Notes under the pieces: model-generated
Databases searched by the model: none
Told to the model about the DNA's origin: nothing
Seen by the model: only the letters and a program-made list of their open reading frames with translations
Assembly: GCA_965637545.1 (NCBI GenBank)
Contig: OZ281497.1
Location: 22,134,001-22,198,000 of the forward strand
From: Phallusia mammillata
Lineage: Eukaryota
Length of the DNA stretch: 64,000 nucleotides
Direction: 5' to 3'
Shown here: piece after piece, positions 1 to 12,353 of the stretch
Numbering within the stretch: position 1 is the first letter of the stretch
Layout of the letters: every line of letters begins with the position of its first letter
Position numbers and translations under genes: made by a program

Positions 1-3000
1 GTTGGATTGAGTCAGGGCAAAACTTAAAACGAAATAGTCTTGTAAGAAACTTTTCGCTGTAATATCACGATTCTTTATTTCTGATCAATATTTAAATTGC
101 ATTATTGACAATGTGTCAGGACAAGGTTTAAACTTTGCAAAATCTTGCAACCTGGTATGAAGCAGTTTGTAATCTGTCGCTGCTCCATCGGTGATGAGAA
201 CTAGGACCTTATTGGCAAAATCTGCCCTTAATGATTGATTGAAATTGATCTAAACAAAATGAAAATACAGTCAACTTGTACTTTATAAGATGGTTAAATA
301 AATTTCACACTTGCAGCTACATATCTGTTTGTGTACTTCTTGGCCCTTATCAAATTTCTTCTGTTTGAACACCGGTATTTAAAACAACAAGTAACCGAAC
401 TTACTTTCACGGCACGTTCGATCGCCCTTGCAGTATAGGTATTGGCTGCTTTCAAATGCTTCATATTCATAAAAGAGTCTTGCAAACATTGGATTGTTTT
501 GCATTCACCAAGTTCAGTAGGCGATTGATAGTGAATTGGGCTCGTTGATAAATAAGTGAGGCTGAAAGCAAATTTTGAAAATAGTGTATGAAAAAATCAT
601 TTAGAAATGAAAGGTTACTTTCTGCCGTTTAACTGGCCATATTGAAGAACTCCAACTTGTAGGCAGGAACAAATGGAACGCGTGAAGCTCAAAGACGAAT
701 TAAGAAGACCTTCTCTGATTGTTTCGAAACTTGAAGAGCTTATTGAATTCGAAGAGTCCACAAGTAAAATCAGATCAGTGCTGTTTGGTTTGGGCGACGG
801 GTCTACAATGATAGAGTTACAACCGGTTTGTTGGTGGCTAATAACTCGCTGGTGGAAGTTATTTTACCAGTTGTAGGTACTTTGATGGTCGTTGTTGACT
901 CATTTACGGGTGTTGGTTTGTCGGTGGTTGTTGGTGTGAAGGTTGGTGTTTGCTCTGTTGTAAAATTCTTGCAGTCTGTATAACAACAGGTATATTCCTT
1001 TCAGGTCTATACGATTTCAAGCACTTTTTTATCTTCGTTGTTTAACCGGTCAAGGTTTATAGCGGTGGTACAGTTTATAAAGTATGTTTTTGTACAGCAA
1101 GAAACCAACCTGTGTCACAGTGTGGAACGACATGAGAGTAAATGTTAGTAAGAATGGATGGAAGTTGTTCAAAGGATCCCACTGTGGTTACTCTTTCATC
1201 AGATATTCCTCCATTGGCGCTTATTTGAAGTTGCTCATGGCTTACTCTTGTGCCAATTCCAATGACGTAGACGGTGACGTTGTTGGATTGAGTCAGGGCA
1301 AAACTTAAAACGAAATAGTCTTGTAAGAAACTTTTCGCTGTAATATCACGATTCTTTATTTCTGATCAATATTTAAATTGCATTATTGACAATGTGTCAG
1401 GACAAGGTTTAAACTTTGCAAAATCTTGCAACCTGGTATGAAGCAGTTTGTAATCTGTCGCTGCTCCATCGGTGATGAGAACTAGGACCTTATTGGCAAA
1501 ATCTGCCCTTAATGATTGATTGAAATTGATCTAAACAAAATGAAAATACAGTCAACTTGTACTTTATAAGATGGTTAAATAAATTTCACACTTGCAGCTA
1601 CATATCTGTTTGTGTACTTCTTGGCCCTTATCAAATTTCTTCTGTTTGAACACCGGTATTTAAAACAACAAGTAACCGAACTTACTTTCACGGCACGTTC
1701 GATCGCCCTTGCAGTATAGGTATTGGCTGCTTTCAAATGCTTCATATTCATAAAAGAGTCTTGCAAACATTGGATTGTTTTGCATTCACCAAGTTCAGTA
1801 GGCGATTGATAGTGAATTGGGCTCGTTGATAAATAAGTGAGGCTGAAAGCAAATTTTGAAAATAGTGTATGAAAAAAAATTTAGAAATGAAAGGTTACTT
1901 TCTGCCGTTTAACTGGCCATATTGAAGAACTCCAACTTGTAGGCAGGAACAAATGGAACGCGTGAAGCTTAAAGACGAATTAAGAAGACCTTCTCTGATT
2001 GTTTCAAAACTTGAAGAGCTTATTGAATTCGAAGAGTCCACAAGTAAAATCAGATCAGTGCTGTTTGGTTTGGGCGACGGGTCTACAATGATAGAGTTAC
2101 AACCGGTTTGTTGGTGGCTAATAACTCGCTGGTGGAAGTTATTTTACCAGTTGTAGGTACTTTGATGGTCGTTGTTGACTCATTTACGGGTGTTGGTTTG
2201 TCGGTGGTTGTTGGTGTGAAGGTTGGTGTTTGCTCTGTTGTAAAATTCTTGCAGTCTGTATAACAACAGGTATATTCCTTTCAGGTCTATACGATTTCAA
2301 GCACTTTTTTATCTTCGTTGTTTAACCGGTCAAGGTTTATAGCGGTGGTACAGTTTATAAAGTATGTTTTTGTACAGCAAGAAACCAACCTGTGTCACAG
2401 TGTGGAACGACATGAGAGTAAATGTTAGTAAGAATGGATGGAAGTTGTTCAAAGGATCCCACTGTGGTTACTCTTTCATCAGATATTCCTCCATTGGCGC
2501 TTATTTGAAGTTGCTCATGGCTTACTCTTGTGCCAATTCCAATGACGTAGACGGTGACGTTGTTGGATTGAGTCAGGGCAAAACTTAAAACGAAATAGTC
2601 TTGTAAGAAACTTTTCGCTGTAATATCACGATTCTTTATTTCTTATCAATATTTAAATTGCATTATTGACAATGTGTCAGGACAAGGTTTAAACTTTGCA
2701 AAATCTTGCAACCTGGTATGAAGCAGTTTGTAATCTGTCGCTGCTCCATCGGTGATGAGAACTAGGACCTTATTGGCAAAATCTGCCCTTAATGATTGAT
2801 TGAAATTGATCTAAACAAAATGAAAATACAGTCAACTTGTACTTTATAAGATGGTTAAATAAATTTCACACTTATAGCTACAAATCTGTTTGTGTACTTC
2901 TTGGCCCTTATCAAATTTCTTCAGTTTGAACACTGGTATTAAAAACAACAAGTAACTGAACTTACTTTCACGGCACGTTCGATCGCCCGTGCAGTATAGG

Positions 3001-6000
3001 TATTAGCTGCTTTTAAATGTATCATATTCATGAGAGAGTCTTGTAAACATCGGATTGTTCTGCATTCACCAAGTTCAGTAGGCGATTGATAGTGACTTGG
3101 GCTCGTTGATAAATAAGTGAGGCTGAAAGCAAATTTTGAAAATAGTGTATGAATTAAAAAAAAATTAGAAATGAAAGGTTACTTTCTGCCGTTTAATTGG
3201 CCATATTGAAGAACTCCAACTTGTAGGCAGGAACAAATCGAACGCGTGAAGCTTAAAGACGAATTAAGAAGACCTTCTCTGATTGTTTCAAAACTTGAAG
3301 AGCTTATTGAATTCGAAGAGTCCACAAGTAAAATCAGATCAGTGCTGTTTGGTTTGAACGACGGGTCTACAATGACAGAATTACAACCGGTTTGTTGATG
3401 GTGGCTAATAACTCGCTGATGGAAGGTATTTTACCAGTTGTAGGTACTTTGATGGTCGTTGTTGACTCATTTACGGGTGTTGGTTTGTCGGTGGTTGTTG
3501 GTGTGAAGGTTGGTGTTTGCTCTGTTGTAAAATTCTTGCAGTCTGTATAACAACAGGTATATTCCTTTCAGGTCTATACGATTTCAAGCACTTTTTATCT
3601 TCGTTGTTTAACCGGTCAAGGTTTATAGCGGTGGTACAGTTTATAAAGTATGTTTTTGTACAGCAAGAAACCAACCTGTGTCACAGTGTGGAACGACATG
3701 AGAGTAAATGTTAGTAAGAATGGATGGAAGTTGTTCAAAGGATCCCACTGTGGTTACTCTTTCATCAGATATTCCTCCATTGGCGCTTATTTGAAGTTGC
3801 TCTTGGCTTACTCTTGTGCCAATTCCAATGACGTAGACGGTGACGTTGTTGGATTGAGTCAGGGCAAAACTTAAAACGAAATAGTCTTGTAAGAAACTTT
3901 TCGCTGTAATATCACGATTCTTTATTTCTTATCAATATTTAAATTGCATTATTGACAATGTGTCAGGACAAGGTTTAAACTTTGCAAAATCTTGCAACCT
4001 GGTATGAAGCAGTTTGTAATCTGTCGCTGCTCCATCGGTGATGAGAACTAGGACCTTATTGGCAATATCTGCCCTTAATGATTGATTGAAATTGATCTAA
4101 ACAAAATGAAAATACAGTCAACTTGTACTTTATAAGATGGTTAAATAAATTTCACACTTATAGCTACAAATCTGTTTGTGTACTTCTTGGCCCTTATCAA
4201 ATTTCTTCAGTTTGAACACTGGTATTAAAAACAACAAGTAACTGAACTTACTTTCACGGCACGTTCGATCGCCCGTGCAGTATAGGTATTAGCTGCTTTC
4301 AAATGTATCATATTCATGAGAGAGTCTTGTAAACATCGGATTGTTTTGCATTCACCAAGTTCAGTAGGCGATTGATAGTGACTTGGGCTCGTTGATAAAT
4401 AAGTGAGGCTGAAAGCAAATTTTGAAAATAGTGTATGAATTAAAAAAAAATTAGAAATGAAAGGTTACTTTCTGCCGTTTAATTGGCCATATTGAAGAAC
4501 TCCAACTTGTAGGCAGGAACAAATCGAACGCGTGAAGCTTAAAGACGAATTAAGAAGACCTTCTCTGATTGTTTCAAAACTTGAAGAGCTTATTGAATTC
4601 GAAGAGTCCACAAGTAAAATCAGATCAGTGCTGTTTGGTTTGAACGACGGGTCTACAATGACAGAATTACAACCGGTTTGTTGATGGTGGCTAATAACTC
4701 GCTGATGGAAGGTATTTTACCAGTTGTAGGTACTTTGATGGTCGTTGTTGACTCATTTACGGGTGTTGGTTTGTCGGTGGTTATTGGTGTGAAGGTTGGT
4801 GTTTGCTCTGTTGTAAAATTCTTGCAGTCTGTATAACAGCAGGTATATTCCTTTCAGGTCTATACGATTTCAAGCACTTTTTTATCTTCGTTGTTTAACC
4901 GGTCAAGGTTTATAGCGGTGGTACAGTTTATAAAGTATGTTTTTGTACAGCAAGAAACCAACCTGTGTCACAGTGTGGAACGACATGAGAGTAAATGTTA
5001 GTAAGAATGGATGGAAGTTGTTCAAAGGATCCCACTGTGGTTACTCTTTCATCAGATATTCCTCCATTGGCGCTTATTTGAAGTTGCTCATGGCTTACTC
5101 TTGTGCCAATTCCAATGACGTAGACGGTGACGTTGTTGGATTGAGTCAGGGCAAAACTTAAAACGAAATAGTCTTGTAAGAAACTTTTCGCTGTAATATC
5201 ACGATTCTTTATTTCTTATCAATATTTAAATTGCATTATTGACAATGTGTCAGGACAAGGTTTAAACTTTGCAAAATCTTGCAACCTGGTATGAAGCAGT
5301 TTGTAATCTGTCGCTGCTCCATCGGTGATGAGAACTAGGACCTTATTGGCAAAATCTGCCCTTAATGATTGATTGAAATTGATCTAAACAAAATGAAAAT
5401 ACAGTCAACTTGTACTTTATAAGATGGTTAAATAAATTTCACACTTGCAGCTACATATCTGTTTGTGTACTTCTTGGCCCTTATCAAATTTCTTCTGTTT
5501 GAACACCGGTATTTAAAACAACAAGTAACCGAACTTACTTTCACGGCACGTTCGATCGCCCTTGCAGTATAGGTATTGGCTGCTTTCAAATGCTTCATAT
5601 TCATAAAAGAGTCTTGCAAACATTGGATTGTTTTGCATTCACCAAGTTTAGTAGGCGATTGATAGTGAATTGGGCTCGTTGATAAATAAGTGAGGCTGAA
5701 AGCAAATTTTGAAAATAGTGTATGAAAAAAAATTTAGAAATGAAAGGTTACTTTCTGCCGTTTAACTGGCCATATTGAAGAACTCCAACTTGTAGGCAGG
5801 AACAAATGGAACGCGTCAAGCTTAAAGACGAATTAAGAAGACCTTCTCTGATTGTTTCAAAACTTGAAGAGCTTATTGAATTCGAAGAGTCCACAAGTAA
5901 AATCAGATCAGTGCTGTTTGGTTTGGGCGACGGGTCTACAATGATAGAGTTACAACCGGTTTGTTGGTGGCTAATAACTCGCTGGTGGAAGTTATTTTAC

Positions 6001-9000
6001 CAGTTGTAGGTACTTTGATGGTCGTTGTTGACTCATTTACGGGTGTTGGTTTGTCGGTGGTTGTTGGTGTGAAGGTTGGTGTTTGCTCTGTTGTAAAATT
6101 CTTGCAGTCTGTATAACAACAGGTATATTCCTTTCAGGTCTATACGATTTCAAGCACTTTTTATCTTCGTTGTTTAACCGGTCAAGGTTTATAGCGGTGG
6201 TACAGTTTATAAAGTATGTTTTTGTACAGCAAGAAACCAACCTGTGTCACAGTGTGGAACGACATGAGAGTAAATGTTAGTAAGAATGGATGGAAGTTGT
6301 TCAAAGGATCCCACTGTGGTTACTCTTTCATCAGATATTCCTCCATTGGCGCTTATTTGAAGTTGCTCTTGGCTTACTCTTGTGCCAATTCCAATGACGT
6401 AGACGGTGACGTTGTTGGATTGAGTCAGGGCAAAACTTAAAACGAAATAGTCTTGTAAGAAACTTTTCGCTGTAATATCACGATTCTTTATTTCTTATCA
6501 ATATTTAAATTGCATTATTGACAATGTGTCAGGACAAGGTTTAAACTTTGCAAAATCTTGCAACCTGGTATGAAGCAGTTTGTAATCTGTCGCTGCTCCA
6601 TCGGTGATGAGAACTAGGACCTTATTGGCAATATCTGCCCTTAATGATTGATTGAAATTGATCTAAACAAAATGAAAATACAGTCAACTTGTACTTTATA
6701 AGATGGTTAAATAAATTTCACACTTATAGCTACAAATCTGTTTGTGTACTTCTTGGCCCTTATCAAATTTCTTCAGTTTGAACACTGGTATTAAAAACAA
6801 CAAGTAACTGAACTTACTTTCACGGCACGTTCGATCGCCCGTGCAGTATAGGTATTAGCTGCTTTCAAATGTATCATATTCATGAGAGAGTCTTGTAAAC
6901 ATCGGATTGTTTTGCATTCACCAAGTTCAGTAGGCGATTGATAGTGACTTGGGCTCGTTGATAAATAAGTGAGGCTGAAAGCAAATTTTGAAAATAGTGT
7001 ATGAATTAAAAAAAAATTAGAAATGAAAGGTTACTTTCTGCCGTTTAATTGGCCATATTGAAGAACTCCAACTTGTAGGCAGGAACAAATCGAACGCGTG
7101 AAGCTTAAAGACGAATTAAGAAGACCTTCTCTGATTGTTTCAAAACTTGAAGAGCTTATTGAATTCGAAGAGTCCACAAGTAAAATCAGATCAGTGCTGT
7201 TTGGTTTGAACGACGGGTCTACAATGACAGAATTACAACCGGTTTGTTGATGGTGGCTAATAACTCGCTGATGGAAGGTATTTTACCAGTTGTAGGTACT
7301 TTGATGGTCGTTGTTGACTCATTTACGGGTGTTGGTTTGTCGGTGGTTATTGGTGTGAAGGTTGGTGTTTGCTCTGTTGTAAAATTCTTGCAGTCTGTAT
7401 AACAGCAGGTATATTCCTTTCAGGTCTATACGATTTCAAGCACTTTTTTATCTTCGTTGTTTAACCGGTCAAGGTTTATAGCGGTGGTACAGTTTATAAA
7501 GTATGTTTTTGTACAGCAAGAAACCAACCTGTGTCACAGTGTGGAACGACATGAGAGTAAATGTTAGTAAGAATGGATGGAAGTTGTTCAAAGGATCCCA
7601 CTGTGGTTACTCTTTCATCAGATATTCCTCCATTGGCGCTTATTTGAAGTTGCTCATGGCTTACTCTTGTGCCAATTCCAATGACGTAGACGGTGACGTT
7701 GTTGGATTGAGTCAGGGCAAAACTTAAAACGAAATAGTCTTGTAAGAAACTTTTCGCTGTAATATCACGATTCTTTATTTCTTATCAATATTTAAATTGC
7801 ATTATTGACAATGTGTCAGGACAAGGTTTAAACTTTGCAAAATCTTGCAACCTGGTATGAAGCAGTTTGTAATCTGTCGCTGCTCCATCGGTGATGAGAA
7901 CTAGGACCTTATTGGCAAAATCTGCCCTTAATGATTGATTGAAATTGATCTAAACAAAATGAAAATACAGTCAACTTGTACTTTATAAGATGGTTAAATA
8001 AATTTCACACTTGCAGCTACATATCTGTTTGTGTACTTCTTGGCCCTTATCAAATTTCTTCTGTTTGAACACCGGTATTTAAAACAACAAGTAACCGAAC
8101 TTACTTTCACGGCACGTTCGATCGCCCTTGCAGTATAGGTATTGGCTGCTTTCAAATGCTTCATATTCATAAAAGAGTCTTGCAAACATTGGATTGTTTT
8201 GCATTCACCAAGTTTAGTAGGCGATTGATAGTGAATTGGGCTCGTTGATAAATAAGTGAGGCTGAAAGCAAATTTTGAAAATAGTGTATGAAAAAAAATT
8301 TAGAAATGAAAGGTTACTTTCTGCCGTTTAACTGGCCATATTGAAGAACTCCAACTTGTAGGCAGGAACAAATGGAACGCGTCAAGCTTAAAGACGAATT
8401 AAGAAGACCTTCTCTGATTGTTTCAAAACTTGAAGAGCTTATTGAATTCGAAGAGTCCACAAGTAAAATCAGATCAGTGCTGTTTGGTTTGGGCGACGGG
8501 TCTACAATGATAGAGTTACAACCGGTTTGTTGGTGGCTAATAACTCGCTGGTGGAAGTTATTTTACCAGTTGTAGGTACTTTGATGGTCGTTGTTGACTC
8601 ATTTACGGGTGTTGGTTTGACGGTGGTTGTTGGTGTGAAGGTTGGTGTTTGCTCTGTTGTAAAATTCTTGCAGTCTGTATAACAACAGGTATATTCCTTT
8701 CAGGTCTATACGATTTCAAGCACTTTTTATCTTCGTTGTTTAACCGGTCAAGGTTTATAGCGGTGGTACAGTTTATAAAGTATGTTTTTGTACAGCAAGA
8801 AACCAACCTGTGTCACAGTGTGGAACGACATGAGAGTAAATGTTAGTAAGAATGGATGGAAGTTGTTCAAAGGATCCCACTGTGGTTACTCTTTCATCAG
8901 ATATTCCTCCATTGGCGCTTATTTGAAGTTGCTCATGGCTTACTCTTGTGCCAATTCCAATGACGTAGACGGTGACGTTGTTGGATTGAGTCAGGGCAAA

Positions 9001-12000
9001 ACTTAAAACGAAATAGTCTTGTAAGAAACTTTTCGCTGTAATATCACGATTCTTTATTTCTTATCAATATTTAAATTGCATTATTGACAATGTGTCAGGA
9101 CAAGGTTTAAACTTTGCAAAATCTTGCAACCTGGTATGAAGCAGTTTGTAATCTGTCGCTGCTCCATCGGTGATGAGAACTAGGACCTTATTGGCAAAAT
9201 CTGCCCTTAATGATTGATTGAAATTGATCTAAACAAAATGAAAATACAGTCAACTTGTACTTTATAAGATGGTTAAATAAATTTCACACTTATAGCTACA
9301 AATCTGTTTGTGTACTTCTTGGCCCTTATCAAATTTCTTCAGTTTGAACACTGGTATTAAAAACAACAAGTAACTGAACTTACTTTCACGGCACGTTCGA
9401 TCGCCCGTGCAGTATAGGTATTAGCTGCTTTTAAATGTATCATATTCATGAGAGAGTCTTGTAAACATCGGATTGTTCTGCATTCACCAAGTTCAGTAGG
9501 CGATTGATAGTGACTTGGGCTCGTTGATAAATAAGTGAGGCTGAAAGCAAATTTTGAAAATAGTGTATGAATTAAAAAAAAATTAGAAATGAAAGGTTAC
9601 TTTCTGCCGTTTAATTGGCCATATTGAAGAACTCCAACTTGTAGGCAGGAACAAATCGAACGCGTGAAGCTTAAAGACGAATTAAGAAGACCTTCTCTGA
9701 TTGTTTCAAAACTTGAAGAGCTTATTGAATTCGAAGAGTCCACAAGTAAAATCAGATCAGTGCTGTTTGGTTTGAACGACGGGTCTACAATGACAGAATT
9801 ACAACCGGTTTGTTGATGGTGGCTAATAACTCGCTGATGGAAGGTATTTTACCAGTTGTAGGTACTTTGATGGTCGTTGTTGACTCATTTACGGGTGTTG
9901 GTTTGTCGGTGGTTATTGGTGTGAAGGTTGGTGTTTGCTCTGTTGTAAAATTCTTGCAGTCTGTATAACAGCAGGTATATTCCTTTCAGGTCTATACGAT
10001 TTCAAGCACTTTTTTATCTTCGTTGTTTAACCGGTCAAGGTTTATAGCGGTGGTACAGTTTATAAAGTATGTTTTTGTACAGCAAAAAACCAACCTGTGT
10101 CACAGTGTGGAACGACATGAGAGTAAATGTTAGTAAGAATGGATGGAAGTTGTTCAAAGGATCCCACTGTGGTTACTCTTTCATCAGATATTCCTCCATT
10201 GGCGCTTATTTGAAGTTGCTCATGGCTTACTCTTGTGCCAATTCCAATGACGTAGACGGTGACGTTGTTGGATTGAGTCAGGGCAAAACTTAAAACGAAA
10301 TAGTCTTGTAAGAAACTTTTCGCTGTAATATCACGATTCTTTATTTCTTATCAATATTTAAATTGCATTATTGACAATGTGTCAGGACAAGGTTTAAACT
10401 TTGCAAAATCTTGCAACCTGGTATGAAGCAGTTTGTAATCTGTCGCTGCTCCATCGGTGATGAGAACTAGGACCTTATTGGCAAAATCTGCCCTTAATGA
10501 TTGATTGAAATTGATCTAAACAAAATGAAAATACAGTCAACTTGTACTTTATAAGATGGTTAAATAAATTTCACACTTGCAGCTACATATCTGTTTGTGT
10601 ACTTCTTGGCCCTTATCAAATTTCTTCTGTTTGAACACCGGTATTTAAAACAACAAGTAACCGAACTTACTTTCACGGCACGTTCGATCGCCCTTGCAGT
10701 ATAGGTATTGGCTGCTTTCAAATGCTTCATATTCATAAAAGAGTCTTGCAAACATTGGATTGTTTTGCATTCACCAAGTTCAGTAGGCGATTGATAGTGA
10801 ATTGGGCTCGTTGATAAATAAGTGAGGCTGAAAGCAAATTTTGAAAATAGTGTATGAAAAAAAATTTAGAAATGAAAGGTTACTTTCTGCCGTTTAACTG
10901 GCCATATTGAAGAACTCCAACTTGTAGGCAGGAACAAATGGAACGCGTCAAGCTTAAAGACGAATTAAGAAGACCTTCTCTGATTGTTTCAAAACTTGAA
11001 GAGCTTATTGAATTCGAAGAGTCCACAAGTAAAATCAGATCAGTGCTGTTTGGTTTGGGCGACGGGTCTACAATGATAGAGTTACAACCGGTTTGTTGGT
11101 GGCTAATAACTCGCTGGTGGAAGTTATTTTACCAGTTGTAGGTACTTTGATGGTCGTTGTTGACTCATTTACGGGTGTTGGTTTGTCGGTGGTTGTTGGT
11201 GTGAAGGTTGGTGTTTGCTCTGTTGTAAAATTCTTGCAGTCTGTATAACAACAGGTATATTCCTTTCAGGTCTATACGATTTCAAGCACTTTTTATCTTC
11301 GTTGTTTAACCGGTCAAGGTTTATAGCGGTGGTACAGTTTATAAAGTATGTTTTTGTACAGCAAGAAACCAACCTGTGTCACAGTGTGGAACGACATGAG
11401 AGTAAATGTTAGTAAGAATGGATGGAAGTTGTTCAAAGGATCCCACTGTGGTTACTCTTTCATCAGATATTCCTCCATTGGCGCTTATTTGAAGTTGCTC
11501 TTGGCTTACTCTTGTGCCAATTCCAATGACGTAGACGGTGACGTTGTTGGATTGAGTCAGGGCAAAACTTAAAACGAAATAGTCTTGTAAGAAACTTTTC
11601 GCTGTAATATCACGATTCTTTATTTCTTATCAATATTTGATATTGCATTATTGACAATGTGTCAGGAAAAAGGTTTAAACTTTGCAAAATCTTGCAACCT
11701 GGTATGAAGCAGTTTGTAATCTGTCGCTGCTCCATCGGTGATGAGAACTAGGACCTTATTGGCGAAATCTGCCCTTAATGATTGATTGAAATTGATCTAA
11801 ACAAAACGACAACATAGTCAACTTGTACGTTATGTGGTGGTTCAATTATTTTCACATGTATTGCTTCATATCCACTCGTTAACTTCTTGGTCCTTATCCT
11901 GTGTCTTTTGTTTAAACACCGATATTAAAAACAACAATCAATCGAACTTACTTTCACGGCACGTTCGATCGCCCTTGCAGTATAGGTATTAGCTGCTTTT

Positions 12001-12353
12001 AAGTGCTTCATATTCATAAAAGAGTCTTGTATACATCGGATTGTTTTGCATTCACCAAGATCAGTAGGCGATTGATAGTGACTTGGGCTCGTTGATAAAT
12101 AAGTGAGGCTGAAAACAAATTTTGAAAATAGTGTATGAATTTATACAAAATTTAGAAATGAAAGGTTACTTTCTGCCGTTTAGGTTGCCATATTGAAGAA
12201 CTCCAACTTGTAGGCAGGAACAAATGGAACGCGTAAAGCTCAAAGACGAATTAAGAAGGCATTCTCTGATTGTTTCAAAACTTGAAGAGCTTATTGAATT
12301 CGAAGAGTCCACAAGTAAAATCAGATCAGTGCTGTTTTTCTCGAATGAGAAAG
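1..12353. repeat. Intragenic tandem array: nine ~1.28-kb near-identical units plus a divergent partial tenth
   Basis: The anchor gttggattgagtc recurs at 1, 1282, 2562, 3848, 5135, 6414, 7701, 8980, 10267 and 11546. Unit lengths are 1281, 1280, 1286, 1287, 1279, 1287, 1279, 1287 and 1279. Confidence 0.98.

Noticed and set aside
1-12353. CRISPR array or non-coding satellite
   Set aside because: The units are ~1.28 kb with no unique spacers, and they splice into an open VWA-coding frame.
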